A DNA stretch of 64,000 bases from Patescibacteria group bacterium (GTDB taxonomy: Bacteria > Patescibacteriota > Microgenomatia > 0-14-0-10-38-17), in assembly GCA_050953885.1 (NCBI GenBank), contig JBMNNJ010000002.1:41586-105585 (forward strand), written 5' to 3'. Of this stretch, positions 8,084 to 16,868 are shown one piece after another (positions within the stretch are counted from its first letter, which is position 1; the number at the start of each line of letters is the position of its first letter). The translations under genes were made by a program, and so were the position numbers. The notes below the pieces were generated by a model. That model saw only the letters and a program-made list of their open reading frames with translations, ran no database searches and was not told the DNA's origin.

Positions 8084-9295
8084 TTAGGCAATTACCTTGG
8101 TAATTACCCCGGCGCCCACGGTTTTCCCGCCTTCACGCACGGCAAAACGCAACCCTTCTTCTAAAGCCACCGGCGTGATTAATTTCACCTGACCGGCAAT
8201 ATTATCACCCGGCATCACCATCTCCACTCCCTTCGGCAAGGTTACCTCGCCGGTAACATCGGTGGTGCGAATATAAAATTGCGGCCGATAGCCGGTGAAG
8301 AAAGGCGTGTGCCGCCCTCCTTCCTCCTTAGTTAAAACATAAAGCTGGGCTTCAAATTCGGTGTGGGGAGTAACCGTTCCCGGCTTGGCAATCACCTGCC
8401 CCCGCTGGACTTCGTCTTTTTCTACTCCCCGCAAAAGCAAACCCACATTGTCGCCCGCCATTGCCTCATCCAGACTTTTTCTAAACATCTCAATGCCGGT
8501 AACCACTGTTTTCTTCGTTTTCTCGGAAAGACCAACAATTTCCACTTCTTCGTTAACTTTAAGAACCCCTCTTGCCACCTTACCGGTTACCACGGTGCCC
8601 CGCCCTTTAATGGAGAAAACATCTTCCACCGGCATTAAAAAGGGTTTTTCCACATCCCGCTTGGGCAGAGGAATATACTCGTCTACTTTTTCCATTAACG
8701 TTAAAATCGGCCCACACCACTGGCATTCTTTTTTGCCGCAACCGCATTCCAGCGCCTTAAGGGCGGAACCGCGAACAACGGGGATATTCTTCCCGTCAAA
8801 TTCATACTTGGTTAAAAGCTCTCTTATTTCTTCCTCCACCAAATCCACTAGTTCCGGATCATCAACAGCGTCAACTTTATTCAAGAAAACCACCATCGCC
8901 GGCACATTCACCTGCTTGGCCAAAAGAAGATGTTCTCGAGTCTGGGGCATCGGGCCGTCGGCGGCGGAAACCACTAAAATCGCCCCGTCCATTTGCGCCG
9001 CGCCGGTGATCATGTTTTTCACGTAATCGGCATGACCGGGACAATCAATATGGGCGTAATGACGGTTAGCAGTTTCGTATTCTAAATGGGAGATGTCAAT
9101 CGTCACCCCGCGCTGTTTTTCCTCCGGGGCCTTGTCAATTTGGTCAAATGATATCGCTTGCGTGGGATTACCTGGTTGGGCAGAAAGCACTTTGGTAATC
9201 GCCGCGGTCAGGGTGGTTTTCCCGTGATCCACGTGACCAATCGTGCCAATATTCAAATGGGGTTTGGTGCGTTCAAATTTTTTGCTTTCGGCCAT
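8084..9295 (-). CDS. tuf: elongation factor Tu (with an unusual CxCx4CxxC insertion)
   Basis: The 403 aa ORF carries [23 protein letters not shown] and NKVD G-domain motifs. Residues 184-194 read [11 protein letters not shown]. Confidence 0.97.
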   Translation of the reverse strand: MAESKKFERTKPHLNIGTIGHVDHGKTTLTAAITKVLSAQPGNPTQAISFDQIDKAPEEKQRGVTIDISHLEYETANRHYAHIDCPGHADYVKNMITGAAQMDGAILVVSAADGPMPQTREHLLLAKQVNVPAMVVFLNKVDAVDDPELVDLVEEEIRELLTKYEFDGKNIPVVRGSALKALECGCGKKECQWCGPILTLMEKVDEYIPLPKRDVEKPFLMPVEDVFSIKGRGTVVTGKVARGVLKVNEEVEIVGLSEKTKKTVVTGIEMFRKSLDEAMAGDNVGLLLRGVEKDEVQRGQVIAKPGTVTPHTEFEAQLYVLTKEEGGRHTPFFTGYRPQFYIRTTDVTGEVTLPKGVEMVMPGDNIAGQVKLITPVALEEGLRFAVREGGKTVGAGVITKVIA

Positions 9296-9328
9296 GTTAA
9301 TTATTTTATAACTTAAAAGACTGTCTTG

Positions 9329-9357
9329 ATTTTAACCATCATTATTATCTTTGTCAA
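9329..9357 (-). promoter_or_regulatory. sigma70-type promoter for tuf (TTGACA-N17-TAAAAT on the minus strand)
   Basis: The minus-strand reading is TCTTGACAaagataataatgatggtTAAAATcaag. It lies about 35-65 nt upstream of the tuf ATG, in the fusA-tuf spacer. Confidence 0.55.
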
Positions 9358-9366
9358 GAGGGAAAT

Positions 9367-11484
9367 TTAATTCTTTTCTTCCCCCCTTACTTTAGCCACT
9401 AATTGCTCCTGAAGATTCCTCGGCATCACCTCATAATGGGAAGGCTCCATGTAAAAAGTGGCCCGGCCGCCGGTTAAACTGCGCACTGCGGTGGCATAGC
9501 CGGAAAGCTCGGCCAAAGGTGCTAAGGCGGTAATAACCCGCACGTTCCCCCGCGAAGCCGTGCCGCTCACCTGACCCCGTCTTGAGGAAATATCACCAAT
9601 CACCTGCCCCATATATTCCTCCGGCGAGGTCACCTCCAGCTTCATAATCGGCTCCAAAATCACCGGTTCTCCTCTCTTAACCGCCTCCTGCAAGGCAATC
9701 GAGCCGGCAATTTTAAAAGCCATCTCGGAGGAATCAACCTCATGAAAAGAGCCATCATAAACGGCCACCTTTAAATCAACCAAGGGGAAACCGGCCAAAA
9801 CTCCCTTTTCTTTGGCCTCAATCACTCCTTTTTCAATCGCGGGAATAAATTCCTGCGGAATGCGGCCGCCCTTAATTTCGGAAACAAACTCAAACCCTTC
9901 TCCCCGGCCCTTAGGCTCCACCCGCAACCAACAATGGCCATACTGCCCCCGACCCCCCGACTGGCGGATATATTTCCCCTCGGCGGTGGCGGTTTTGCTC
10001 ACTGTTTCTTTATAAGCCACCTGCGGCGCCCCCACCGCCACCTGCACTCCAAATTCGCGGCGCAAACGATCCACCAAAACCTCCAAATGAAGCTCACCCA
10101 TACCGGAAATAATCGTCTGCCCTGTTTCCTGATTGGTTTTCACCTTAAAAGTGGGGTCTTCTTCCATTAAACGGCCCAAAGCCTCGGCCAACTTTTCCTG
10201 ATCCGCCCGGCTGGGGGGTTCCACCGCCAAAGAAATTACCGGCTCGGGAAAAGAAATTTTTTCCAAAAGAATGGGGGCGTTTTGCTGGCAAAGAGTGTCG
10301 CCGGTGGTGGTTTTCTCCAGGCCGATAGCGGCAACGATTTCCCCCGCATATGCCTCACGAATTTCTTCCCTTTTATCAGCATGCATTAAAAGCAGGCGGC
10401 CAATCCGTTCCGAGGAGGCGGCGGTGGCGTTATAAACAGTCGTGCCGGCGCTAATTTTCCCCGAATAAAGACGCAAATAGGTAATTTTCCCCACATGGGG
10501 ATCGGTTTGCACCTTAAAAGCCAAAGCGCAAAAGGGGGCTTCCGGGCTTGCTTCTCTTTTTTCCTCCTGCCCGGTTTTGGGATTAACCCCTTCCACCGGA
10601 GGCAAGTCCAAAGGAGAGGGAAGAAAATCAACAATGCCGTCCAAAACCGGCTGAACCCCTTTATTACGCAAAGACGAACCGCAGTAAACAGGCACCAGCT
10701 TATTGGCAATTACCGCTTTTCTTATTCCCAACTTTAACTCCTCAATACTTGGCGTTTCGTTATTAAGATACTTTTCCATCAGGGCATCGTCAAGGCCGCT
10801 CACTTTTTCAATCAATTCTTCCCGCGCCTTGCTTAATTCTTCTTTTAATTCCGCCGGCACCTCTCTTGTTTCAATTTTTACCCCCTCTTTATCCTGCCAG
10901 TAAAGGGCTTTCTCATCTAAAACCGAAACCACTCCCTGAAAGCTGTTCTCTTTGCCAATCGGCAGGGTTAAAAAAATCACCTCTGCCCCTAACCTTTCCT
11001 TAATTGTCCCCACCGCCTGATAAAAGTCCGCCCCCAACTTATCCATCTTATTAAGAAAACAAAGGCGGGGGACATGATAACGATCGGCCTGACGCCAGAC
11101 GGTTTCCGACTGCGCCTGCACGCCTTCCTCGGCATCAAAAACCATCACCGCGCCATCCAAAACCCGCAGGGCCCGCTCCACCTCGGCGGTAAAATCAACA
11201 TGGCCGGGGGTGTCAACAATATTAATCCGGTGGTCGCGCCAAAAAGTGGTCGTGGCCGCCGACTGGATGGTAATGCCCCGCTCCCGCTCCTGCACCATCC
11301 AGTCCATTTGGGTGGTCCCTTCGTCAATATCACCAATTTTATAGGTCCTACCGGTATAATAAAGAATTCGCTCTGTTGTCGTCGTTTTACCGGCATCAAT
11401 GTGGGCAATAATACCAATATTGCGAATTTTTTCCAACGAAACTACCCGGTTTTCGGTTAAGGTAATTTTTGCGCCGCTAGCCAT
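9367..11484 (-). CDS. fusA: elongation factor G
   Basis: The 705 aa ORF has AHIDAGKTTTTERIL, DTPGHVDF and NKMD motifs and the full EF-G domain set. Confidence 0.97.
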   Translation of the reverse strand: MASGAKITLTENRVVSLEKIRNIGIIAHIDAGKTTTTERILYYTGRTYKIGDIDEGTTQMDWMVQERERGITIQSAATTTFWRDHRINIVDTPGHVDFTAEVERALRVLDGAVMVFDAEEGVQAQSETVWRQADRYHVPRLCFLNKMDKLGADFYQAVGTIKERLGAEVIFLTLPIGKENSFQGVVSVLDEKALYWQDKEGVKIETREVPAELKEELSKAREELIEKVSGLDDALMEKYLNNETPSIEELKLGIRKAVIANKLVPVYCGSSLRNKGVQPVLDGIVDFLPSPLDLPPVEGVNPKTGQEEKREASPEAPFCALAFKVQTDPHVGKITYLRLYSGKISAGTTVYNATAASSERIGRLLLMHADKREEIREAYAGEIVAAIGLEKTTTGDTLCQQNAPILLEKISFPEPVISLAVEPPSRADQEKLAEALGRLMEEDPTFKVKTNQETGQTIISGMGELHLEVLVDRLRREFGVQVAVGAPQVAYKETVSKTATAEGKYIRQSGGRGQYGHCWLRVEPKGRGEGFEFVSEIKGGRIPQEFIPAIEKGVIEAKEKGVLAGFPLVDLKVAVYDGSFHEVDSSEMAFKIAGSIALQEAVKRGEPVILEPIMKLEVTSPEEYMGQVIGDISSRRGQVSGTASRGNVRVITALAPLAELSGYATAVRSLTGGRATFYMEPSHYEVMPRNLQEQLVAKVRGEEKN

Positions 11485-11549
11485 AGAAAAGAAAATTGTT
11501 AAATTGTTATATTGCTAAACTGCTATATCACTATATCGTTAATTAGAAG

Positions 11550-12026
11550 TTACCACCGGAAGTGGCTGAAAGCCTTATTTGCCTCGGCAACTTTCTCCAT
11601 TTCCTCCCGCCGCTTGACCGCCCCGCCGGTTTTATTGTAAGCGTCAATCAGCTCGGCGGCTAATTTTTCGGAGAAAGTGTGAAACTCTTTATTCGGACGG
11701 CTTCGGGCTCCTTCCACCAGCCAGCGAAGAGCCAGCGAGGTTTGCCGCCGCCGCGAAACCGGCATAGGAATTTGATAAGCCGCCCCGCCCACCCGCCGGG
11801 AACGCACTTCCATTTGCGGATAAACATTAGCCAAAGCTTTCTCAAAAACCACCATTGGTTTTTCTTTAAGGCTTTTTTCCACCCGCAAAAAAGCCTCATA
11901 AACCTCTTTTTGAGCCACGCTTTTCTTGCCGTCTTTCATCACATAGCCAATTAAGCGCGCCACCGCCTCGCTTTGATAGACCTGATCTGGTTTAACCGCC
12001 CGAATTTGGGCTTTTTTTCCACGCAC
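11550..12026 (-). CDS. rpsG: 30S ribosomal protein S7
   Basis: The 158 aa ORF has S7 motifs (KDGKKSVAQKEVYEAF..., EVRSRRVGGAAYQIPMPV). Confidence 0.95.
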   Translation of the reverse strand: MRGKKAQIRAVKPDQVYQSEAVARLIGYVMKDGKKSVAQKEVYEAFLRVEKSLKEKPMVVFEKALANVYPQMEVRSRRVGGAAYQIPMPVSRRRQTSLALRWLVEGARSRPNKEFHTFSEKLAAELIDAYNKTGGAVKRREEMEKVAEANKAFSHFRW

Positions 12027-12287
12027 AGTATAAATATAAATTTAAAATTTAAAATTCAAAATGCAAAATCAGTAATCCGTAATATGTAATAAAAAAGCGC
12101 AAAAAGCAAAACGCAAAGAGTAAAACCTAAATCAAAGCTCAAAAATATTTTTAACTTTTGGTTTTGGTCTTTGAGCTTGGTTTTGCACTTTGCTCTTTGC
12201 ACTTTAATCTTGTTTTCTCACGAGTTACTAACTTTTTACATTTTACATTACATTCAATCCGCCAGCTAGCGGGTTGACTTTTAAATT

Positions 12288-12704
12288 TTAACTTTTGACT
12301 TGCCTCTTTGTCCCGTATTTACTCCGCGAGCTTTTGCGATCCACTACCCCTTCAACATCATACTTACCCCGAACAAGATGATATTTAATTCCCGGCAGGT
12401 CTCTTACCCGGCCATAACGAACCAATACCCGGGCACGCTCCACCACATTATGCCCCTCACCAGGGATATAGGCCGTCACTTCCTGACGATTGGAAAGCCG
12501 CACCCGCGCCACCTTCCGCAGGGCCGAGTTGGGCCTTTTGGGAGTGACGGTTTTTACCAGCAAAACCACCCCCCGCTTTTGGGGGCTGGCGGTCTTAACA
12601 AAACGCCGCGTTAAGGAATTAAAAGAATTCTTTAACGCCGCCGCTTGGGTTGGTTTTTTCTTTTGCTGGCGGCCATGCCGCACCAGCTGATTGATGGTAG
12701 ACAC
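12288..12704 (-). CDS. rpsL: 30S ribosomal protein S12 (Arg at the position equivalent to E. coli Lys88)
   Basis: The 138 aa ORF reads [17 protein letters not shown]...[19 protein letters not shown]. Confidence 0.95.
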   Translation of the reverse strand: MSTINQLVRHGRQQKKKPTQAAALKNSFNSLTRRFVKTASPQKRGVVLLVKTVTPKRPNSALRKVARVRLSNRQEVTAYIPGEGHNVVERARVLVRYGRVRDLPGIKYHLVRGKYDVEGVVDRKSSRSKYGTKRQVKS

Positions 12705-12750
12705 GAAATTTTATCTCTTAAATTATAAATAATTTTATCTAAACAATAAA

Positions 12751-12965
12751 TAAACTCAAATGTTAAATCGCAAAACGCAAAACTACATGTTAAAACTCAA
12801 ATCTACAACGCAAAACTTAAAAGACAAAAACAGAATTACAATTTAGAAATATAAATATTAAGCCCTAAAGTTTTTTAGTTTTAAGTTTTAACATGTAGTT
12901 TTGAGATTTGAGTTTTGCGTTTTGAGCTTTAACTTATACTTTTGACTTTTGAATTTTAAATTTCC
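12751..12965. repeat. long imperfect palindromic MITE-like element, family 1 (conserved loop gacaaaaacagaattacaatttagaaata.aaatattaagccctaaagttttttag)
   Basis: Arms built of caaaac/ctcaaa words (cgcaaaacgcaaaactacatgttaaaactcaaatc versus gatttgagttttgcgttttgagc) lie between rpsL and rpoC. Confidence 0.6.
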
Positions 12966-13015
12966 TAAATTAGCGCATGTCAATTATACCATGCCTTTCG
13001 TCTTAGTCTTTCGTC

Positions 13016-16000
13016 TTAAAATTCCAGCCGGTCTTCCTCTAAAACCACCTGCTCGGGAGAAACAGGGATTAAGCGGCCAATAATCACGTTTTCCTTCATC
13101 CCCACTAAATTATCCACCCGGCCCTCAAGCGACGCCTGCGTTAAAACATTGACCGTTTCCTGAAAAGAAGCCGCCGAAAGCCAAGAGTCGGTATAAAGCG
13201 CCACCTTGGTTAAGCCTAAAATTAACCGCTTCCCCCGGGCTGGTTTAATCTTTCTTTCTTTTGCTTTTTCGTTTACCTTGCGAAAACGGAGAAGATCAAC
13301 AAAACTGCCAACAATAAATTTCGTATCGCCGGCGTTAATAATTTGCACCTTGTCACTCATTCTCCTAATAATCACCTCAAAATGGCGGTCGTTAATGCCG
13401 ATATTTTGCGACTCGTAAACCCCCTGAATACTATCCAAAAGATACTCCTGCGCCGCCCGCAAGCCCCGAATTTTTAAAACTTCTTCCACATCTAGCGCTC
13501 CGGCGGCCAGTTGCGTTCCGGCCAAAACCTTCTCTTTGTCATGCACCAAAAGCTGATTTGCCGGCGGAACAAAATATTCTCTCTTTTCCTCCTTTCCTCT
13601 TATTTCCACCACCATGCCTCCGCCGCTTTCCTCTTTAATCCACACCTGGCCATCTATTTCCGCCAAGGGGGCCAAAGATTTGGGAAGACGAATTTCAAAA
13701 AGCTCTTCCACCCGCGGCAGGCCTTGGGTAACATCAACCCCTAAAACTCCACCGCTATGTTTGGTTTTCAGGGTTAATTGCGTTCCCGGTTCGCCAATTG
13801 ACTGGGCCGCTAAAATTCCTACCGGAGTGCCAATCTCGACTAACTTTTTGTTGGCAAAATTCCAGCCATAGCATCGCTGACAAACTCCGTAATGAGTCTT
13901 ACAGGTTAGAGGAGAACGAACCAAAACCGAGGTTATCTTCTCTTCTTTAACAATTAAGTCTACCTTATCGTCATCCAAAAGTTCTCCTTTCTTAAGAAGT
14001 GTTTTTCCTCCCACCTTAACATCGGCCGCTAAAAATCGCCCCAAAAGACGCTCGCCAAACTTTTCCGCCCGCGCCCCTTCTCTTTTAATCTCAATTCCCT
14101 TTTTGGTACCGCAATCTTCTTCGCGAACAATCATATCATGGGCGGCGTCAACCAAACGCCTCGTCAGATAACCAGCATCGGCTGTTTTTAGCGCCGTGTC
14201 GGTTAAGCCTTTCCGGGATCCCCGCGCCGAAGTGACATATTCGAAAACCGCCAGCCCCTCCCGAAAATTAGATTTTGTCGGCAGAGGGACAATGCGCCCC
14301 AGCGGATCAACCGACAGCCCCCGCATTGCCGAAAGCTGTTTCACGTTATCCCGCGACGCCCGGCCCACCTTAGCATCAATAATCAAGCGCACCGGCGAAT
14401 CAGGAGGGAAAAGCTCCCAAGTTTTATCCGCCAGCTCATCGGTAGTTTCAATCCAAATATTTTGGGTCAGCTCCCGCCGCTCGTTGGCGGTAATCAGGCC
14501 TTGATTAAAGCTTCGCTCAATTTCCAAAACCCGCTGCTCCGCCGCCTTAATAATCTTTTCCTTTTCCGGATGAATCACGTTATCGGCAATACCAAAAGAA
14601 AGCCCTGAGAGGGTTCCCGCCCAAAAACCTAGCGCCTTAACCGCATCAATTATTTCCACCATTTTCCCCTCCTCCACTTTAAACAAAATCTTGCTTAAAA
14701 GCGATTTTAAAACCTTGGAATCAATCGCTTCGTTCACAAAGCGAAATTCCGGCGGCAAAATTTGGTTAAAAATAATCCTTCCTATGGTTGTTTCCAAAAC
14801 TTTCCCTTCATAAAAAAAGTTAATTTTTTGCCTTAAATTAATTTTCCCCGCCTGATAGGCTAAAAATACCTCTTCTTCGCTCATTATTTCTTCCCGTTGA
14901 GGCAGGTCGGAATTAATCGTGGTCAGATAATAAATCCCCAAGGCCATCTCTTTTGAGGTGGGCACGGAAACCGGTGCCCCGTCCGCGGGTTTGAGCAAAT
15001 TCTTTTGGGGAAGCATAAAATTCTTCGCTTCTTCTTGTGCTTGTTGGGAAAGAGGCAAGTGCACCGCCATCTGGTCACCATCAAAATCGGCGTTAAAACC
15101 GGAGCAAACACAAGGATGAAGCTGAATCGCCAAACCATCCACCAAAACCGGATAAAAAGCCTGCAAAGAAAGTTTGTGAAGAGTAGGGGCGCGGTTCAAA
15201 ACCACCACCTTATCTTTAATAATCTCGTTAAGAATCCCATAAACTTCCGGGGGGCGTCGGTCCAGCGTTGCCTTGGCGGAACGAATGTTGGGAGCAACTC
15301 CTTCCAAAATCATTTGGTGTAAAAGATAGGGCTTAAAAATTTCCAGCGCCATTTCCTTTGGCAAACCACATTGATTAAGATTTAGTTTAGGACCAACCAC
15401 AATCACCGAACGTCCCGAATAATCAACCCTTTTTCCCAAAAGATTTTGGCGAAAACGGCCTTTCTTGCCCCGCAGTGATTCGGAAAGAGAGCGTAACTGC
15501 ATTCTTTTGGAAGCGCGCGGCCGCTTAATCTGGGAAGCGTCAATTAAATTATCCACCGCTTCCTGCAGCATCCGTTTCTCGTTTCTTAAAATAATCTCCG
15601 GCGCGCCGATCTCCATCAGGCTTTTCAAACGATTATTGCGATTTAAAACCCGGCGATACAAATCATTTAAATCAGAAGAAGCAAATTTCCCTCCCGAAAG
15701 CTGGACCATTGGCCGCAAATCGGGTGGCAAAACCGGTAAAACCTGCAAAATCATCCACGAGGGATCCACCCCCGACTCCAAAAGATTGGTCAAAAGCGCA
15801 ATTCGCTGATAAAGTTTTTTCCGTTTTGCCTCACTTTCGGTTAAGCCTACCCGGCGGCGCAACCGCGCCAATTCTTTGGAGAGATCAATTTTCCCCACCG
15901 CCTCAAGCACTGCCTCGCTTCCCATTTTCGCCTCAAAAAATGAATCGGCGCCATGCTGGGCAAAGGTAGTCATCTCGTTTCCCGAAATAAAAGAGCCAAA

Positions 16001-16720
16001 ACCAATTTTTTTAACCTTTAAAACTAACGAATGATAAAAACTTTTGAGCGTTTCCTCTTGTTTTTCCTTTTCCAAAATTGCCTGTTGGATTTTTCTCTTT
16101 AATTGCAACTCCCCTTCCCTTAAGGCCAAATCCCGGGCTTCTCCCGACTTAATTCTTTTCTTCACCCTTTCTTCTTCCTCCCGCGCCTCATCTTTAATTT
16201 TTTTCAAAAGCTGCTTTTTCTTCAGCTCCAGTTTTTCCCGCTCTTCTTTTTCTTCCCGGCCTAAATTAGCCAAAACTTTCCCCCTTTCTTTCTCGTCAAC
16301 GCTAATTACCAAATAATGGGTAAAGTAAATTACCCCCTGGAGATACTTATTGGAAACCCCCAAAAGAATAGAAAGAGGAGAGGCTGATCCTTTGAAATAC
16401 CAAACATGAGCGCAGGGAGCGGCTAGGTTAATATGGCCCATTCTTTCCCGCCGCACCCGGGAACGGGTAACCTCCACTCCACACTTATCACAAATTACCC
16501 CCTCGTAGCGGCGGCGCTTATACTTACCGCAGTAACATTCCCAGTCACGGGTGGGCCCAAAAATCCGCTCGCAAAAAAGACCGTCTTTCTCCGGCTTAAA
16601 AGTGCGGTAGTTAATTGTCTCCGATTTTAAAACCTCGCCACGCGACCAAGAAAGAATTTCCTCTGGCGAGGCCAGTCTTACTTGAAGAGCTTTAAAATCG
16701 TTAATTGGTTCGGAATCCAT
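13016..16720 (-). CDS. rpoC: DNA-directed RNA polymerase subunit beta-prime
   Basis: The 1234 aa ORF has the N-terminal zinc-binding CxxC motifs, NADFDGDQMAVHLP catalytic motif and trigger-loop region. It also has a lineage-specific charged coiled-coil insertion (KEEREKLELKKKQLLKKIKDEAREEEERVKKRIK). Confidence 0.97.
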   Translation of the reverse strand: MDSEPINDFKALQVRLASPEEILSWSRGEVLKSETINYRTFKPEKDGLFCERIFGPTRDWECYCGKYKRRRYEGVICDKCGVEVTRSRVRRERMGHINLAAPCAHVWYFKGSASPLSILLGVSNKYLQGVIYFTHYLVISVDEKERGKVLANLGREEKEEREKLELKKKQLLKKIKDEAREEEERVKKRIKSGEARDLALREGELQLKRKIQQAILEKEKQEETLKSFYHSLVLKVKKIGFGSFISGNEMTTFAQHGADSFFEAKMGSEAVLEAVGKIDLSKELARLRRRVGLTESEAKRKKLYQRIALLTNLLESGVDPSWMILQVLPVLPPDLRPMVQLSGGKFASSDLNDLYRRVLNRNNRLKSLMEIGAPEIILRNEKRMLQEAVDNLIDASQIKRPRASKRMQLRSLSESLRGKKGRFRQNLLGKRVDYSGRSVIVVGPKLNLNQCGLPKEMALEIFKPYLLHQMILEGVAPNIRSAKATLDRRPPEVYGILNEIIKDKVVVLNRAPTLHKLSLQAFYPVLVDGLAIQLHPCVCSGFNADFDGDQMAVHLPLSQQAQEEAKNFMLPQKNLLKPADGAPVSVPTSKEMALGIYYLTTINSDLPQREEIMSEEEVFLAYQAGKINLRQKINFFYEGKVLETTIGRIIFNQILPPEFRFVNEAIDSKVLKSLLSKILFKVEEGKMVEIIDAVKALGFWAGTLSGLSFGIADNVIHPEKEKIIKAAEQRVLEIERSFNQGLITANERRELTQNIWIETTDELADKTWELFPPDSPVRLIIDAKVGRASRDNVKQLSAMRGLSVDPLGRIVPLPTKSNFREGLAVFEYVTSARGSRKGLTDTALKTADAGYLTRRLVDAAHDMIVREEDCGTKKGIEIKREGARAEKFGERLLGRFLAADVKVGGKTLLKKGELLDDDKVDLIVKEEKITSVLVRSPLTCKTHYGVCQRCYGWNFANKKLVEIGTPVGILAAQSIGEPGTQLTLKTKHSGGVLGVDVTQGLPRVEELFEIRLPKSLAPLAEIDGQVWIKEESGGGMVVEIRGKEEKREYFVPPANQLLVHDKEKVLAGTQLAAGALDVEEVLKIRGLRAAQEYLLDSIQGVYESQNIGINDRHFEVIIRRMSDKVQIINAGDTKFIVGSFVDLLRFRKVNEKAKERKIKPARGKRLILGLTKVALYTDSWLSAASFQETVNVLTQASLEGRVDNLVGMKENVIIGRLIPVSPEQVVLEEDRLEF

Positions 16721-16868
16721 AAAAATATATTATTAAATTGTCGATAACAATTCGTAAATGTTATTCTGACGAAAGTCAGAACCTAAAATCCCCCCCCCTT
16801 ATTTTGCCAACCGGCAAATTAACTCGGCGCGGACTGCTTGCTTCTGGCAGAAATCCGCTCTCTGTCTT

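Noticed and set aside
8361-9026. A 221 aa plus-strand ORF, and several others (9812..10015, 9934..10170, 11074..11460, 13206..13418, 16738..17292, 17493..17879, 18252..18551), lying inside tuf, fusA, rpoC and rpoB.
   Set aside because: They are antisense to strongly supported, conserved housekeeping genes. Their products are low complexity (S/T/P-rich) with no recognisable motifs. They are typical shadow ORFs.
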